From Toensbergia leucococca (lineage: Eukaryota): a stretch of DNA of 64,000 nucleotides. The DNA lies in contig JALDZS010000123.1 of the NCBI GenBank assembly GCA_022813965.1, positions 1-64,000 of the forward strand, in the 5' to 3' direction. The notes beneath the pieces were generated by a model. That model made no database searches, was not told the origin of the DNA, and saw nothing but the letters and a program-made list of their open reading frames with translations. This document shows positions 47,945 to 61,199 of the stretch, one piece after another (position 1 is the stretch's first letter; the number at the start of each line of letters is the position of its first letter). The translations under genes were made by a program, and so were the position numbers.

Positions 47945-50322
47945 ATGGACGCTATCAAGAAAACCTTTGCGCAATGCAAGCGGGAAAAGCGCTCCGCCTT
48001 GGTTACTTATGTGACCGCTGGATTTCCTACCCAGGAGGAGACAGTGGACATCATGCTAGCTATGGAGGCCGGTGGCGCGGGTAAAGCAATACATTCTGCA
48101 TCAAATCGTCTGGGCTGAATATCTTCAGATCTCATAGAGCTCGGCCTTCCCTTTACAGATCCTATCGCAGATGGTCCGACAATACAAAAGGCGAATACAC
48201 AAGCATTGAAGAACGGTGTCACAGTCACTTCGACATTGGAGACTGTACGGCAAGCAAGGAAGCGAGGACTTGCGGTACCCGTGCTCTTTATGGGCTATTA
48301 CAACCCTCTACTAAGCTATGGCGAGGAACGGATACTCAAGGATGCCAAGGAGGCTGGTGTCAATGGCTTCATAGTCGTTGATCTACCGCCAGAGGAGGCT
48401 GTTAAGTTTAGAAACTTCTGTACGAGAGGCGGGTTAGTTGATCCTGCACATCCAAGTCAAATTCTTCCCACTGATGGTCGATGACTCACAGGCTGTCCTA
48501 CATTCCTCTCATTGCGCCTGCAACCTCCGAATCACGCATGAAGCTACTTTGCAAGATCGCAGATACCTTCATATACGTTGTCTCTCGGATGGGCGTGACT
48601 GGGGCCACCGGCACTCTCAATGCTGCACTACCCGAACTTCTCGATCGCGTGCATACCTACTCGAATCATATACCCGCAGCAGTAGGATTTGGCGTTAGTA
48701 CAAGGGAACACTTCCTCAGCGTCGCCAACATTGCCGAAGGTGTTGTTATTGGAAGTCAAATTGTGACGACGTTAGCCGATGCACCTGCTGGTCAGGGAGC
48801 ACAGAAGGTAGAAGAGTACTGTTCGGAAATCACGGGGAGAAAAGTCGGTAAATACAATGGTGTGAATGGGACCAATGGCATAAAAGACAGTAACGGAGCA
48901 TTGCACGAGAATGGATTGGTGGGAACATCAGCGGAACCTGGAGAAGACAAGGAGCACAACAGCAAAAATGTCCATGCCGACGAAGTCATTGTCGATGGCC
49001 AGAATGGTACGGGGCCTGGATTAGCGGATCAGCTCGAAGCTCTCAATATGAACGGCGATGCAGATCCTGCTGCTGTTCCTTCACGTTTTGGAGAATTTGG
49101 TGGGCAATATGTACCAGAATCCCTAATGGACTGCTTGGCCGAATTGGAAGAAGGCTTCAACAAAGCGAAGGATGACCCAAAGTTCTGGGAAGAATACCGT
49201 ACATACTACCCATATATGGGACGACCAGGTCAACTCCACCTTGCTGAAAGATTGACGGAACACGCTGGAGGCGCAAATATTTGGCTCAAGCGTGAAGATT
49301 TGAATCACACTGGAAGTCATAAAATCAATAACGCTCTAGGTCAAATTCTACTCGCAAGAAGATTGGGTAAAACAGAGATCATCGCTGAGACAGGCGCTGG
49401 ACAGCACGGTGTCGCTACTGCCACAGTTTGCGCCAAATTCGGGATGAAATGTACCATCTATATGGGAGCCGAGGATGTTCGACGCCAAGCACTCAACGTC
49501 TTTCGAATCAAGCTGCTTGGAGCAAAAGTCGTTGCTGTTGAAGCAGGTGCAAGAACTCTACGTGATGCCGTTAATGAAGCATTGCGAGCCTGGGTCGTCG
49601 ATCTATCAACTACACATTACATCATTGGTTCCGCCATTGGTCCCCACCCCTTTCCTACTATCGTAAGAACTTTTCAATCAGTCATAGGCACCGAAACGAA
49701 AGAACAGATGTTGAGATTGAAAGGCAAGTTACCAGATGCCGTCGTTGCCTGTGTCGGTGGAGGGAGTAATGCTGTAGGCATGTTCTATCCGTTCGCCCAA
49801 GATCCAAGCGTCAAATTTCTCGGCGTGGAAGCCGGCGGCGATGGTCTAGACACTGAACGCCACAGTGCCACCCTGACTGGTGGAACCAAAGGTGTCCTTC
49901 ACGGTGTCCGCACCTATGTCTTGCAGAATGAACATGGCCAAATTTCCGAAACGCACTCTGTCTCCGCTGGCCTCGACTACCCTGGCGTCGGACCCGAACT
50001 TAGTTCCTGGAAAGACACTGAGCGCGCCAAATTCATAGCTGCCACGGACGCAGAAGCTTTCAAGGGCTTCAGATTGCTGTCGGAATTGGAAGGGATCATT
50101 CCGGCGTTGGAGACGGCGCACGCGGTCTGGGGAGCTATGGAGTTGGCCAAGACGATGAGGAAGGATGAGGATGTGGTGATTTGTGTGAGCGGGAGGGGGG
50201 ATAAAGATGTGCAGAGTGTGGCTGATGAGTTGCCGAGGTTGGGGCCGGAGATTGGATGGGATTTGAGATGTGAGCTGTTGTCCTATCTCCGTGTGTTAAG
50301 GGACTAACGGGTTGCAGTTTGA
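47945..50322 (+). CDS. TRP5: Tryptophan synthase, fused alpha-beta, 4 exons
   Basis: alpha: [33 protein letters not shown]; beta: [44 protein letters not shown]; spliced end WDLRF*. Confidence 0.97.
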
Positions 50323-51793
50323 GCGATCGATAGAGGCTAGGTTGCGGGGAGTTGATTTGCTTGCATTTTGCTAGCGCGCGGAAATTAGGCGGTTGATTGT
50401 GTTTTTTATTTGAGCAATGGTTGACGATGGTCAATGAGGCATGCATGGATTTGATAGAATGGTGCTTCAAAAGCGGAAAATGGTTATTGGATTGGAGCTC
50501 TATTTGTTTTACAATTTATGTAGACGCAGATAGATGTCTATTCTACTAAATTTTCATCTTATGCCTATTTACTTGGGTTACCTATTCTATCCTGATCGAC
50601 GCTTGTGGAGCTGAGAAATAGAATCATTCTCGATGGTTTTGCTTCTGTTTCTTACTATATCCTCTGTGCACAAGAGACCACCTACCTATTCTCCACCGCC
50701 TCACTACCTAGGGACAACCACAGCCCGCCCCCCTCCCTCCTTTCATCCCTTGCAGGATACACAAATTACCGTATAATCTGTCACAAAAGATAGCAGTCTC
50801 ATAGTCCGTCCATGCATCTGAAGGTCAATTGAACCCATATCTTATACATGATTCCTCCGGCGAGGTCTGAGCTGAGATTCAATTTAAATACATTCGCTTG
50901 TGAAAATCATCACATCTTATTCGCTACTGACCCCTCTAGCACATCCTCATCACTCTGTATCTAGTCATGGTTCCACCTCATACTCCTTTAGGATTACAGA
51001 CCAAATTGACAGATCTTCAATCCCCTACTAAGGTCATCATCCTGGCTATGAACATCATGAATAGAAGGTTTTGAGTCTTCTTGTCCCTCCTTCTCGGTCT
51101 CGTATCAATACTGCTACCTCGTCTTATCTGGCTTCTCAGTGAGGATGAGTATGAATCAGTCAGCGAGGATGAGGAAAGGGAGGTGGAAGTCCTTGAAAGT
51201 TGGAAGCTTTGTGGGGTTGAAGGAGCTTTGAAATCGGGTACCAGGTCATTTGAATTGAGAATGTGTGGAGGGGAAGAGGTTCAGGTTGGAGGAGGTTTGG
51301 GCCTTTGCAAGTGGAGAATAATCTATCTTTGAGATTGAGACTAGAACGAACTATCTGTACCCAAGAGTAATTAGGATCCTTCTGGGCAGCCTTTGAAATA
51401 TTAGACTGAGTCCTATATTAGCAGTATCGTGCGCTGTACATGTGTCCTCAGGGTCCAATCCTGTTCAAATGCTAGGCTGATATTGACCTAGCTGGCTATA
51501 TGTCTGTTTGCAAGGCGCTGTCTGTCTGCAAGGCACCATCCCGTGGCAGGTTGTCAGCAACGAAAGCCGCAGAAGTTGCTCAATAGGGATTGGGGATTAC
51601 CTGGTTTGGAGTACGGTTGATGCGGTCTTTTGACTTGTTCACTGAACGTGATGCATTGTCTCCATCCCTTGTAGGCTCTTCCTTCTTTTTTGAAGTCATT
51701 CTCTCTCCTTGCAGTCTGCTCCGATCACTCGATATAGGCTTTGTAAAAGTCTTCTAGACCAAGGAACCTTTGATCTCTACTCTAGTACTGAGT

Positions 51794-53346
51794 TCAGAGG
51801 CTGTCTGTTCCATGGTGGAGCGGGTGAGATTCTAATTCTTCCTTGTCGAAGTATGTGTGCAGCCAAGGATGCTTGCGCAATTCTTTGGCCGTATTCCTCT
51901 CTTCTGGTAGCCAACAAAGCATCTTACTCACAAAATCAAGGAAAAGTTCCTTGTCTTGGCCGTGAAGGAAAGGTACGGAGTCGGATAATTTCAGATAGCC
52001 AGAGACGAGGTCGGAGTGCATGAATGCCCCTGCAACAATGTCAGCCAGGGCTTCTACGTATGTAGAAGAGGGAAGTTTGGGTTCGAAAGACTAAGGAGTA
52101 CTTACCGTTCACGTCAAAGTATGTAGAAGTTCGGGTTCCTCTAGCAAGAAACTCTCTTGGTGGAGGACCCAGTACGGCGATCATTTGCGCCAGATGCATC
52201 TCAGGTGAGTATGTCCTACTGTTAGGATCGACGGGCTCAAACAAATAACCATTTCCCATCATATCCCAGAGCTGTAAACCCCAGAATCAGATTATTTTGC
52301 ACAACGATCATATGAAGTTCAGACGTACTGTCATAGCAATATTCCATATATCTACGCTGTACGACCACTCAGCGCCTAAGACCACCTCTGGAGCACGATA
52401 GAAATCTGGTTGAATGAGTCGAGTGTTGGGTTCAGATGCATCTCCGAAAGCCGCCAAACCAAAGTCTGAGATTTTGAGATTTTGAAGATCCTTCTTATGC
52501 TCTCCAAAGTCATCGCATGAGAGATAGATCACTCGTCCGTCGTCAAATTCTTTCTGCGGCGCAGGAGAGTCTATTCCTATGCGAAGGTAATCTTCTATCA
52601 CCGATGGGTCTTCGATAGTTACCATGATGTTCCGAAGCTGAAGATCTATGTGGCTACTTAGTTCATAAATTTGAAGTAATCTAAGATCAGGCAAAACACA
52701 CCTGTGTGTATGATATGGCACTCGTCATGAATGTATTCTAGCCCTTCTAGTATAACAGCCAATATCTCTTTGCAAGAATGCGAGGAATAGCATCTATCTT
52801 TCATCCGTCGCTGAAGCATCGAAAGTGTCTCCCTCAGTGGCTCAAAGACCAAGCAAAGGTGGGTACCATGGGGGCCTTTCTGCTTGAATGAGTCGAGTAT
52901 TAGCCTCACATATTGGCGACCCTCGTGCGACGGATTTCCTTTTTCAAGTTGCCGAGAGATGTCTAGCTCATGTTCGGCATGCCCTTTCATTGCGAAAACG
53001 CGAGTATTAATCTTAAGGGCCACATATCGATTGGGCTGCCAGCGAGAGCTATGTCTTTGTGAGAGAATGAAAAATAATATAGCAGAGAGTCGCACCTTTG
53101 AGTATCTCGAGCAAGCCATACGGTGGAGAAGACGCCAAAGCCAAGCTTGGAAAGTATCTGATATCTCTTGTTCAGAATGTCGCCTAGCCGTACTGGATAG
53201 TAGTCCTCAGCTTTGTAGCCTGGGCTATTTTCCTCTTCGATCGAGACATTTGAAGGGAGTATTTTTGATTTGGGCGGTGCGGTAATTGAAGGAAGACGGC
53301 GAAGAAATTGGAGGGCACGCACGCTCCATGCCTTGGACAGTAACAT
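51794..53346 (-). CDS. SRPK/Sky1-like Ser/Thr protein kinase, multi-exon
   Basis: [34 protein letters not shown], spliced [31 protein letters not shown]. Confidence 0.88.
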
Positions 53347-53685
53347 CGAATCAAGCCTAATTGCAGATGCGTATCAGGAAGAGATTGACATCCTTGAATG
53401 TCGAAGCATTGGGAAAGTATTCCTGCACAAGTAATGAAAAGCATTTGATGTCTGCGAGCAGGATAGAATACCACCCTAAGGTATGATACTCAAAAATTAC
53501 AATTCTAAAGTGTGCCGTATTATATCCTATTTCGCCAGACAGCCTCACCAGCGTAGAATACTTCAACGAGTGCATTGCGAGGTAGAACAAAGACTTTCAA
53601 CCTCGAAGACAACTTCTTCGAAAGCTCTCACAATCCAACACTCTTCCTACCTAACTCCTTAATCTCCTCATTGCCGCACCTCACT

Positions 53686-54148
53686 ATGTCGCGAGCAGCA
53701 TTTTCAACCTTGGCCCGGAACTTCTACAAATGGACCTGGAAAGGAACCAAGGCCGTCCCAGAGATTGAACAGTTATTGGAGGCCAAGACTAAAGGCAACA
53801 AGAAGTTTGCCAAAGTCACAGAGGCCATCGTGCAGTGAGAAACCAGTGGCCGCCGATAATACACTGAACATTATCCTGATAGGTCATTTTAGTGGACAAT
53901 TGCACATCTCCGACTCCGATTCCGAGCCACGGGCGTCTGTTTTAATGCGAGAAGACAGCAATAGGAGTCTTGTAACTGCTCATGTCTATCCACGCACTGG
54001 TAGAGTCATATTCTCGAAGGCGTCGTTTAATCGAGACGAGCCGGAGGTAGAGCTAGAGGTACCTTATCCACTTCATCCGTTGCCTTCGGGTGAGTACTTT
54101 GTGTTTGCTAACAATGGTCTAGACTATTGGGAAGGATGGAAAAGCTGA
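53686..54148 (+). CDS. Small hypothetical protein (2 exons; intron 53835-53892)
   Basis: ATG 53686; a GTGAGA...TTTAG intron joins MSRAAFSTLARNFY..AIVH to GQLHISDSDSEPRASV..AHVYP in frame. Confidence 0.55.
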
Positions 54149-54834
54149 TGGGAATGCTGATGCTAAGGCTGTCGACAGTAAAGCAAAGTAGACGGGGTAT
54201 CTTATGGATTCTATCTTGGGCATGAAGCTAGTATGGTCTGAACTAAGCAAGACGATGATCAGTGAGATTGATCATCACGAATGGTTCGAGCACGATGGGG
54301 AATGAATCGGTATGTCTGTGCCATGTGCTAAAGCTACAAGCGCACGTGCTGACTGGCTGATCCAAATAAGATGGAGTAACCACATAGCTGCGAGGCGCAC
54401 CAGCGGATAGATACCCCCATCAAGCGAATGCAAAGAATTTGCCTGGCAGGGACTGTGTTGAATCGTATCTCAGCCTAGCTACCTTTGTCGTTGAAGCACG
54501 AGGACTTTCATAGATTATGAAATACACTTCCATTTTCCAGTCAAATTTCGAGAACTGGGTAATCCATGGCTCACTATCAACACTTAAGCAGTAAGGCACC
54601 TCGGGTCTAATGTGATAGAATCCAATTTCGAAGTGTCAGAGACGAAACTTCCATTTGTGTCAACACACTGGGTTTAGATTTATCACCCACTACAAACGGC
54701 AGCTACAACGCTCCGGCCATCTGATGTCTTTGTCGGCGCCACTGGGAAACTTCGGATTCGTCGGCGCTTGCATGAAAGTTCATTGGGGGTTAGGCCAGCT
54801 GGCTGTGACACGGGCAAGAAGATCCAACATGGCC

Positions 54835-57237
54835 CTAGTCTCCATCATCCAATTTCGAAAGCTCCGGCTCCCCGCTCTCCTCGCTGCCATTGTCATCCAA
54901 ATCCGTGGACAGCTTCGTCAACATAGCCTCTATCCTCTTCGTCGACGCTTCTAGCGCCTCCAACCGAGCATCGATATTACTGTCAGGCTTAATGTTCTGT
55001 ACCATGTCGGCTAGATAGTCGGTCAATCCTGCACCCACGCCCACAGAGTCTAATCGGCTCTCCCGTCGTGGACGCGGCGCGCCAGGAGAGCTGTTTACGC
55101 GGCCTCTGAGCAATTGATTGTTGACTTCGATTGGGGGTGCGAGATTCGGGTGCTGAGCATCCTCGTCGGAGTTTGGTTGATCGAAAATGGAGGGGGGTGG
55201 GGAAGATTCGAAGACAGCTTGAATATCACCATGGACGGAGAATGTGGAGAAATCCCAAAAGGGTATTGTCGCATGAGGGTATGGTGATGAATGTCTTTTT
55301 CGCTTGGCAAGCGGCCAGAGAGATCTTCGTTCGTAGGCGCTTATGATTAGGAGGAGGGGGAGGTTGATGGTACGAATGGCGGCTACATTTACTTTGTGGA
55401 ACCAGCGAGGGGAGATGACGAATTTGAGCGGCAGCATCAGGCATAGGGCCAAGATGTTGAAAGGAGGTTGATAGGCGAAGATGGCGTCGCTTTTGACGCC
55501 ACCAAATGTTAGAACCGCACGACGGAATTGGATCTCGGCCGTTACGTTGGACACGATGATTGAGAATGTGTTGCTTAGCATGGAGACAAGAATAGTGAGA
55601 AAGAGTGTGTTGCCTAGGAAAGCGAAGGTGACCATTAGGACAGGGCCGAGCAGCCAGTGGAAATCGACAGATCGTTGGATGCCGGTTCCGTCTAGCCCAA
55701 ACCATACCCATAACATCCATTTGGAGATGGTGATGGATTCGTGAGAGCCGTCGCCTAGCCATTTCATGGCAAGGAGAAAGCCTGCAAAGCACCATACGGC
55801 TAGCACGGTAAGAACGAGGAAATCGGCCATCATTGCTCGAAGGGAAACGAAGAGCATATTCTCTGACATTAAATTAAATGCTAGCCGTGGCAGAAGAACG
55901 GGTGCACCTGTTGACAGTAATTCCAGAGCTTGCTGACCTAATTTGTCATTGTTGGTGACCAGGCCGTGAAGGCGAAGGACAAGGTAGACACCGTAGATTA
56001 TAGCGAAGGTGAGATCGAGGAACGACCAGAGGTTTTGCGTATATACCTGCCATCCGTGCTCCAGCATCGAAGCAAACTCATCCAATGTCCATCCGAAGGC
56101 GTAAATACAAAATATAAGCTCGTAAGTCGTGAATTTGGCATCATCACGATTCTCCATGACTAGGATGAATAGAGTCAACAGGGTGATGAATTGGCATATA
56201 TCTAAGAAATTCCGAGTTCGGGGCACGATCAGTCGATAGTGATTTAGTAGAGGGGATGTCTTGGGATTGTAGACGGAGATTGGTTTGTGCTTGTAGTGAT
56301 CCGGGAGAATGTCGATGAACGAGGTGGGCGTATAAACTAGTCTACCAGTGTAGATTGCCTCTACCACCTTTTGACAAGCCGAAGAACTCAGGAAGGATTT
56401 GCTCTCGGAGATAATGGCTACTTCTAAGGCTGTCAGGGTTCTTTCGTAGCCACCTCTTCGCTGGACTGCCCAGTGGAGAGCATGGCGGTTCTCTCGTATG
56501 ATTGCCTCCGGGGCATTTTGAAATGGCTCGAAGCCTGCCACAAGAACATTTGCTAGAAGGAGCAAGCCTTTACGGCCAGGGTAGTCTTCATTGAATCGTC
56601 GTATTATCTTGCTGGCCACCAGTTCGCATAGTAGAGCACGAGTATTGCTCACATTAGGATGATTGGCCTGTCGTGGTTGATCACGTAGGAACTGTACTCT
56701 ATTGACGAGCAGGCAGTATACTGATGGGGCACAAGATCAAGTTAGTCTTGTTTGTCAATAGGAACTGGTTGGATATACTGATGGATACATCATGTAGATT
56801 ATACAATTGATCCACGAGAGGTCGAACAATCGATACATTTATCCTCGGAGCCAGTAGCTGGTCCGAAGTGTACGGATCATCTGATATCACGTGGTTCTTA
56901 ATATCAGTCTCGTAGTCTGTTTTATCAGCCTACTATGCGAGTACTGACCGATCAAGGCCATCACATCTCGCCGTATGCTGTCGATTATTTCTAGTATCAG
57001 TGGCAGAGCATCTCTCGGACGGTGGACTCATAACGTGGGATCTTACCGATGGATAGTGGCATAGACGGGGAGATTGGCATGAGGATTTGGTACACATGGT
57101 TCGTTACTCTGGGAGACAGGGTCGGCATCATCATCCGGCCGCTCCTCGTCTGTCAGAAGGGTTTCTTGCTCTGCTAGGCGTTCAGCTGCTTGAATGGTGT
57201 AGGTGTAGCCGCGATGAGGCCTGTGTCTTTCTGGCAT
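54835..57237 (-). CDS. YVC1-family TRP-like non-selective cation channel, multi-exon
   Basis: TRALLCELVA, ALEVAIISESK, LIVPR, YTQNLWSFLD, pore region WVWFGLDG, NTLFLTILVSMLSNTF, PPFNILAL, C-terminal coiled coil. Confidence 0.88.
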
Positions 57238-57956
57238 AGTGATCTTCTCGCTCTTTGCTCTTTCTGCACCACAAACGCTGGGCAGCGAGTGGTGAATGAA
57301 TGGTAGAGAGCAAGTGGCATTGGATTAATAGGCGTATGAAGAGGAGGATGCCGTGGACGTCGATGGGAAAGTGGGATACATGTTGAACATGAATGGAAAT
57401 TTGAGAGAAAAAGAGAAAAAGAGGAAAAGATCGTCCCTCGGTCTTCGCTTGTCCGCTTTTATTTAGCGCGAGCTAAGAAAATTCAATTTATCTCTGGACA
57501 TTTCATGATGTCATCCATCATCAAATTACCTCTACAGGAGCCAAAGAACTCTACTGTGACCTGGATCGTCTCCGAATACCAAGTAGTACGATGACGATAC
57601 TTCATGATACGGTAGCTGGGGAACTGCTGCGCTGGGCAGGCAGCGCTACCGGAAACACGTCACTATGGATGCTCAGCCTTTCTTTCCAATGCAGGGACCA
57701 GTAGCCAGGGCGGGGTGGAGATTTCGTCCACCAATGCCTCGGTCGCGATGATGCTGAAGTGGAGTCTCCTCTCTCCTCTCATTGGAGAGGCTCCGACCGA
57801 GGAGGATTCGCATGCTTGAATGCATGAGCACCACCATTGAGCCTCTTTGCCCTCGTCTGCTCCCCACCAGGCGTTTTCCATCAGACAAGTGTATAAGTCC
57901 TGCTTATTCCTTCCTTTGCATTTCTTGCTTTGATTTCTTGCACATGAATTTGAAAA

Positions 57957-60900
57957 ATGTCTTCGCTTGGCAAAATCACAAATTCCTTGTTCTCAGCAGT
58001 CAATGAAAACTCCTTGTCGCTCGCAAGTGTTAAGTTCGACTTTTCTCTAGTCAAAATTGAAGCACCACTCGAGTTCACCGCTGTTGGTACAGCCTTGTCG
58101 AGTAAACGGAGACACGCCGCCGAAGAAGGCTTGCCCCACAAGACTGCTCGCAAGCTTGGCGCTTTATTTGAGCAACTGATACCGTCTACCCCGAAGTTGA
58201 TCACTGCCTACGGACTGAGAGTTTCCGAGATTTTACAGAGCCCTACCGTCAACCCTCAGGGCTCAGCCAGTCATGGCCCTTTTGAAAGTTTTGTCGGGGC
58301 CGATGGAACTGCCATGTGGGCTGCAGCTACATCAGGTATCCCTGCTTTGGGCATATATCTCTTGTCATGTTTACTCGCTCGGGCATGGGATGCCAAGGAG
58401 TCTACGTCAATCTGGGTCGAATTAGTGGCTGGAAGGCGAAAAGAGATAGAACAAGCCTCCATGGAAAATTACCTAGTCTCCGACGCGAGTCTAGTCAGCT
58501 CCCGACAGGATATCTCGAGGCACGAACTTGCACTGTGGGACGCTAGTACCCGGGCGTGGCTCCGAAGCGCTGATCAAGCCAAAGCATGGGAACAAAACCA
58601 GCTGATGCTGATATTAAAGAACATCGAAATTCCCTTCAACGGTGGACCATCGACTTATGTCAAAGTCGTGAAAGCGTGGCAACAAGCTATGATTGCCATC
58701 GAAAACATGCTTTGCGGAAGGCCACTGGCAATTTCTAATGGTTCGGTACTCTTGGCTTTATCGGCTTGGCATCTCTTTCCAGACCTCATCGTTTTGCGTC
58801 AAGATACAATTAACGTCAAATTCAACGACCCACTCGTTCCCCAAAACGGCATCGGCACTATAGGTCTGCAACTTGTTCCTCCCAAGAACATAAAGGGTAT
58901 ACAATGGTCTCTAAGCCTGTCTCATCTCCAATACTATGGTGGCCCTGCAGATGTCAAAAGCAACACGGATTTTTCGCGAGTCACCATCCACCAGCTTCAC
59001 GTGATAACATTGGGGAGTATATTTGGTGCTTGGGAGTTAAGACCTGGAGATATATTACCGGCAGCCAAGTGGTTTGAGGAGCTCTGGACATTTCTCAAGC
59101 GAGCTGGTTGTGGTCAGCATGATATTTCTTTGAGGAACAGATTTGGTTGGCTGTATAATCTGGTACAAGCTGCGAGAACCCTGCGGATCTTAGAGGCACA
59201 GGGAAACCCCGATGGCCTGAATTTATTGAAATTTGGTCAGCGAAGAGCAGCAAGTTTCTTGTGGCAGAGTACTGGCAGCCTCTGGTCCTTCTTTGGTCTC
59301 TGCAATCCTTGTGTACTTGCCGGTCTCACGGAGAAGTATGACGTGGAATGCGGTATTCGATATTTGCGGGAAATAGCCATGACCACTGGTCTGAAGGCAA
59401 ACGACTCCATCATACGTTTTGTACATATCACGCCGCCAGGGAAATCCTTGGGATGCATCGAGTTTGCTACGGCAATTCCCCACCCAAGAGCTTCGAAAAA
59501 GCGGGACTCAGATGGAAACCATATTGTTGAGATGGTCCATGCAAGATGGCTTCAGGTCGTTCAAATCGGAAAGTCTACGGAACTAACAGACCTTCAAACT
59601 CCTGTTATTGACGAACATTCAGCTGCGGAGTATATTAAATCACGCATATGTGAGTTGAGAGACCGGGGCGAGGAGTGTACACTCGTCCGGAGCAAAACCT
59701 TTGGGGATAAAGACCATTTTGAATGGACCAATCCACCGCCGTTGTATTGCCCTCGCTCAAGATCAGCTGATGCAATTCAAGACTCTGTATCTGCGGATGG
59801 CTGCCCTTCATTGACGAACAACGACAACAATTGCTGTTGCTTTGATACTGACCGAGAAAACTCAAGTAAAGCAGAGAAGAAACACCTCAGCCACTTCTGC
59901 CCCATTGTTGGCGGTTCACCATTAGGTCTGTATGTGCAGCGTAAGGAACACAGTCAAGTTACCGGAAAATCCTGTCCAATACCAGCTTCTCAGGATAGAG
60001 CACATATCGTCATGCGTGCAGTGGTTCGGCCAACTGAAACCATACAATGGAGCACCAATGCGTCGATAAGCTGGGGGCGAATGGTTGACTATTTACAATG
60101 CTTAGCCGGTGTTGGCAAGGAAGAGGTAATGATGCAAAAAAAGTATGCAATTGGCATGACCCTACTGGCAGGTGCGCGGAGATTTCCACAGCCGTGGATA
60201 TGGTCTCTCCATGGGATAGATCTAGCCTCTCAGGTGTATCACAACCTTGATGGAGCTACTATATCCCTGAAGCTAGTAGCAGCACCACTTCATAACGCTT
60301 CTTGGTTGCCTGGACAACTTGTCAGTTATGAGACTCCCTCTACTCAGCATTCACTGCTGAGCGCAACAGAAGCCCCGATTCTTCGAACTTGGATACATAA
60401 GACTCTAGATCGACCACAAACATTTGCATGCATCGCCAAGTTTGAATCCGGTGATCTAGACCTTGACCCGTTAGACCTGAAATTTACCCTAGCACTGTGC
60501 TCAGAGAACTCGATCTATGTTGCCGGTGTGGTTCTTTCAGATCCTTTTGATGTCGTCCCTGAACACAAGATGAGGCGGATTGTCGGAAATATAGGTCACT
60601 CGGGAATTTGCATGCTGATTGCACCACAGCACCCTCAAATCCGTCCTTTGAGTGACAAGTACAACATTGTCACACATGCGACATACGACTCCAAACGAGA
60701 AGATAATTTTAAAAGCACGTCCCTGCACCTATCCTTTACTGACTGGACGTTACCTCTGGAAGTCGAAGGTATGAGGACGATCGATCAAGAGGTCAGTTTT
60801 GTTGAGTCTGTTATTTCCGTACTGGACAACGGGGTATGGGTGGCGGACCTCGATATTCTCGGTATTGACTTCCAACACTTGGAAAGAGAGAATCGCTTCA

Positions 60901-61199
60901 GAAAGCTCGGTCAATGCACTGTAAAACATGACGAGACACCCATGTACGATTATACATCTCTTGACAGCTGGGAAGAGCTATTGGACGGCCCGAAAGGTGT
61001 GGGTATCTTTAGAGCGCACGGAAATTGGGCAGCACGACTTGCGGCTGTCACGATTCTGTCGCAAAAAGATCAGATGTATTGCCTGGGCATATTTGGACCG
61101 GAGAAACCTTGCTTCAAATGCCTGGAATCTCAGCTCAAGGATCCGGGCTTTGGTTTGAATGAGTTTGAGTCTCCTTTGCCTTCGTTCTGTATCGATTAG
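57957..61199 (+). CDS. Large intronless hypothetical protein (1080 aa)
   Basis: Uninterrupted ORF with conserved-looking blocks FDFSLVKIEAP.EF, TARKLGALFEQ, WAAATSG, WHLFPDL, RIVGNIG, RAHGNWAARLAA and C-terminal CxxC. Confidence 0.85.
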   Translation: MSSLGKITNSLFSAVNENSLSLASVKFDFSLVKIEAPLEFTAVGTALSSKRRHAAEEGLPHKTARKLGALFEQLIPSTPKLITAYGLRVSEILQSPTVNPQGSASHGPFESFVGADGTAMWAAATSGIPALGIYLLSCLLARAWDAKESTSIWVELVAGRRKEIEQASMENYLVSDASLVSSRQDISRHELALWDASTRAWLRSADQAKAWEQNQLMLILKNIEIPFNGGPSTYVKVVKAWQQAMIAIENMLCGRPLAISNGSVLLALSAWHLFPDLIVLRQDTINVKFNDPLVPQNGIGTIGLQLVPPKNIKGIQWSLSLSHLQYYGGPADVKSNTDFSRVTIHQLHVITLGSIFGAWELRPGDILPAAKWFEELWTFLKRAGCGQHDISLRNRFGWLYNLVQAARTLRILEAQGNPDGLNLLKFGQRRAASFLWQSTGSLWSFFGLCNPCVLAGLTEKYDVECGIRYLREIAMTTGLKANDSIIRFVHITPPGKSLGCIEFATAIPHPRASKKRDSDGNHIVEMVHARWLQVVQIGKSTELTDLQTPVIDEHSAAEYIKSRICELRDRGEECTLVRSKTFGDKDHFEWTNPPPLYCPRSRSADAIQDSVSADGCPSLTNNDNNCCCFDTDRENSSKAEKKHLSHFCPIVGGSPLGLYVQRKEHSQVTGKSCPIPASQDRAHIVMRAVVRPTETIQWSTNASISWGRMVDYLQCLAGVGKEEVMMQKKYAIGMTLLAGARRFPQPWIWSLHGIDLASQVYHNLDGATISLKLVAAPLHNASWLPGQLVSYETPSTQHSLLSATEAPILRTWIHKTLDRPQTFACIAKFESGDLDLDPLDLKFTLALCSENSIYVAGVVLSDPFDVVPEHKMRRIVGNIGHSGICMLIAPQHPQIRPLSDKYNIVTHATYDSKREDNFKSTSLHLSFTDWTLPLEVEGMRTIDQEVSFVESVISVLDNGVWVADLDILGIDFQHLERENRFRKLGQCTVKHDETPMYDYTSLDSWEELLDGPKGVGIFRAHGNWAARLAAVTILSQKDQMYCLGIFGPEKPCFKCLESQLKDPGFGLNEFESPLPSFCID

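Noticed and set aside
48840..49080. Asn-Gly-rich insert in TRP5
   Set aside because: It is the variable alpha-beta connector of fused fungal tryptophan synthases.
42368..50322. FMT1-ARG8-SDH8-TRP5 as a biosynthetic cluster
   Set aside because: All are primary-metabolism genes of unrelated pathways; no PKS, NRPS or tailoring genes.
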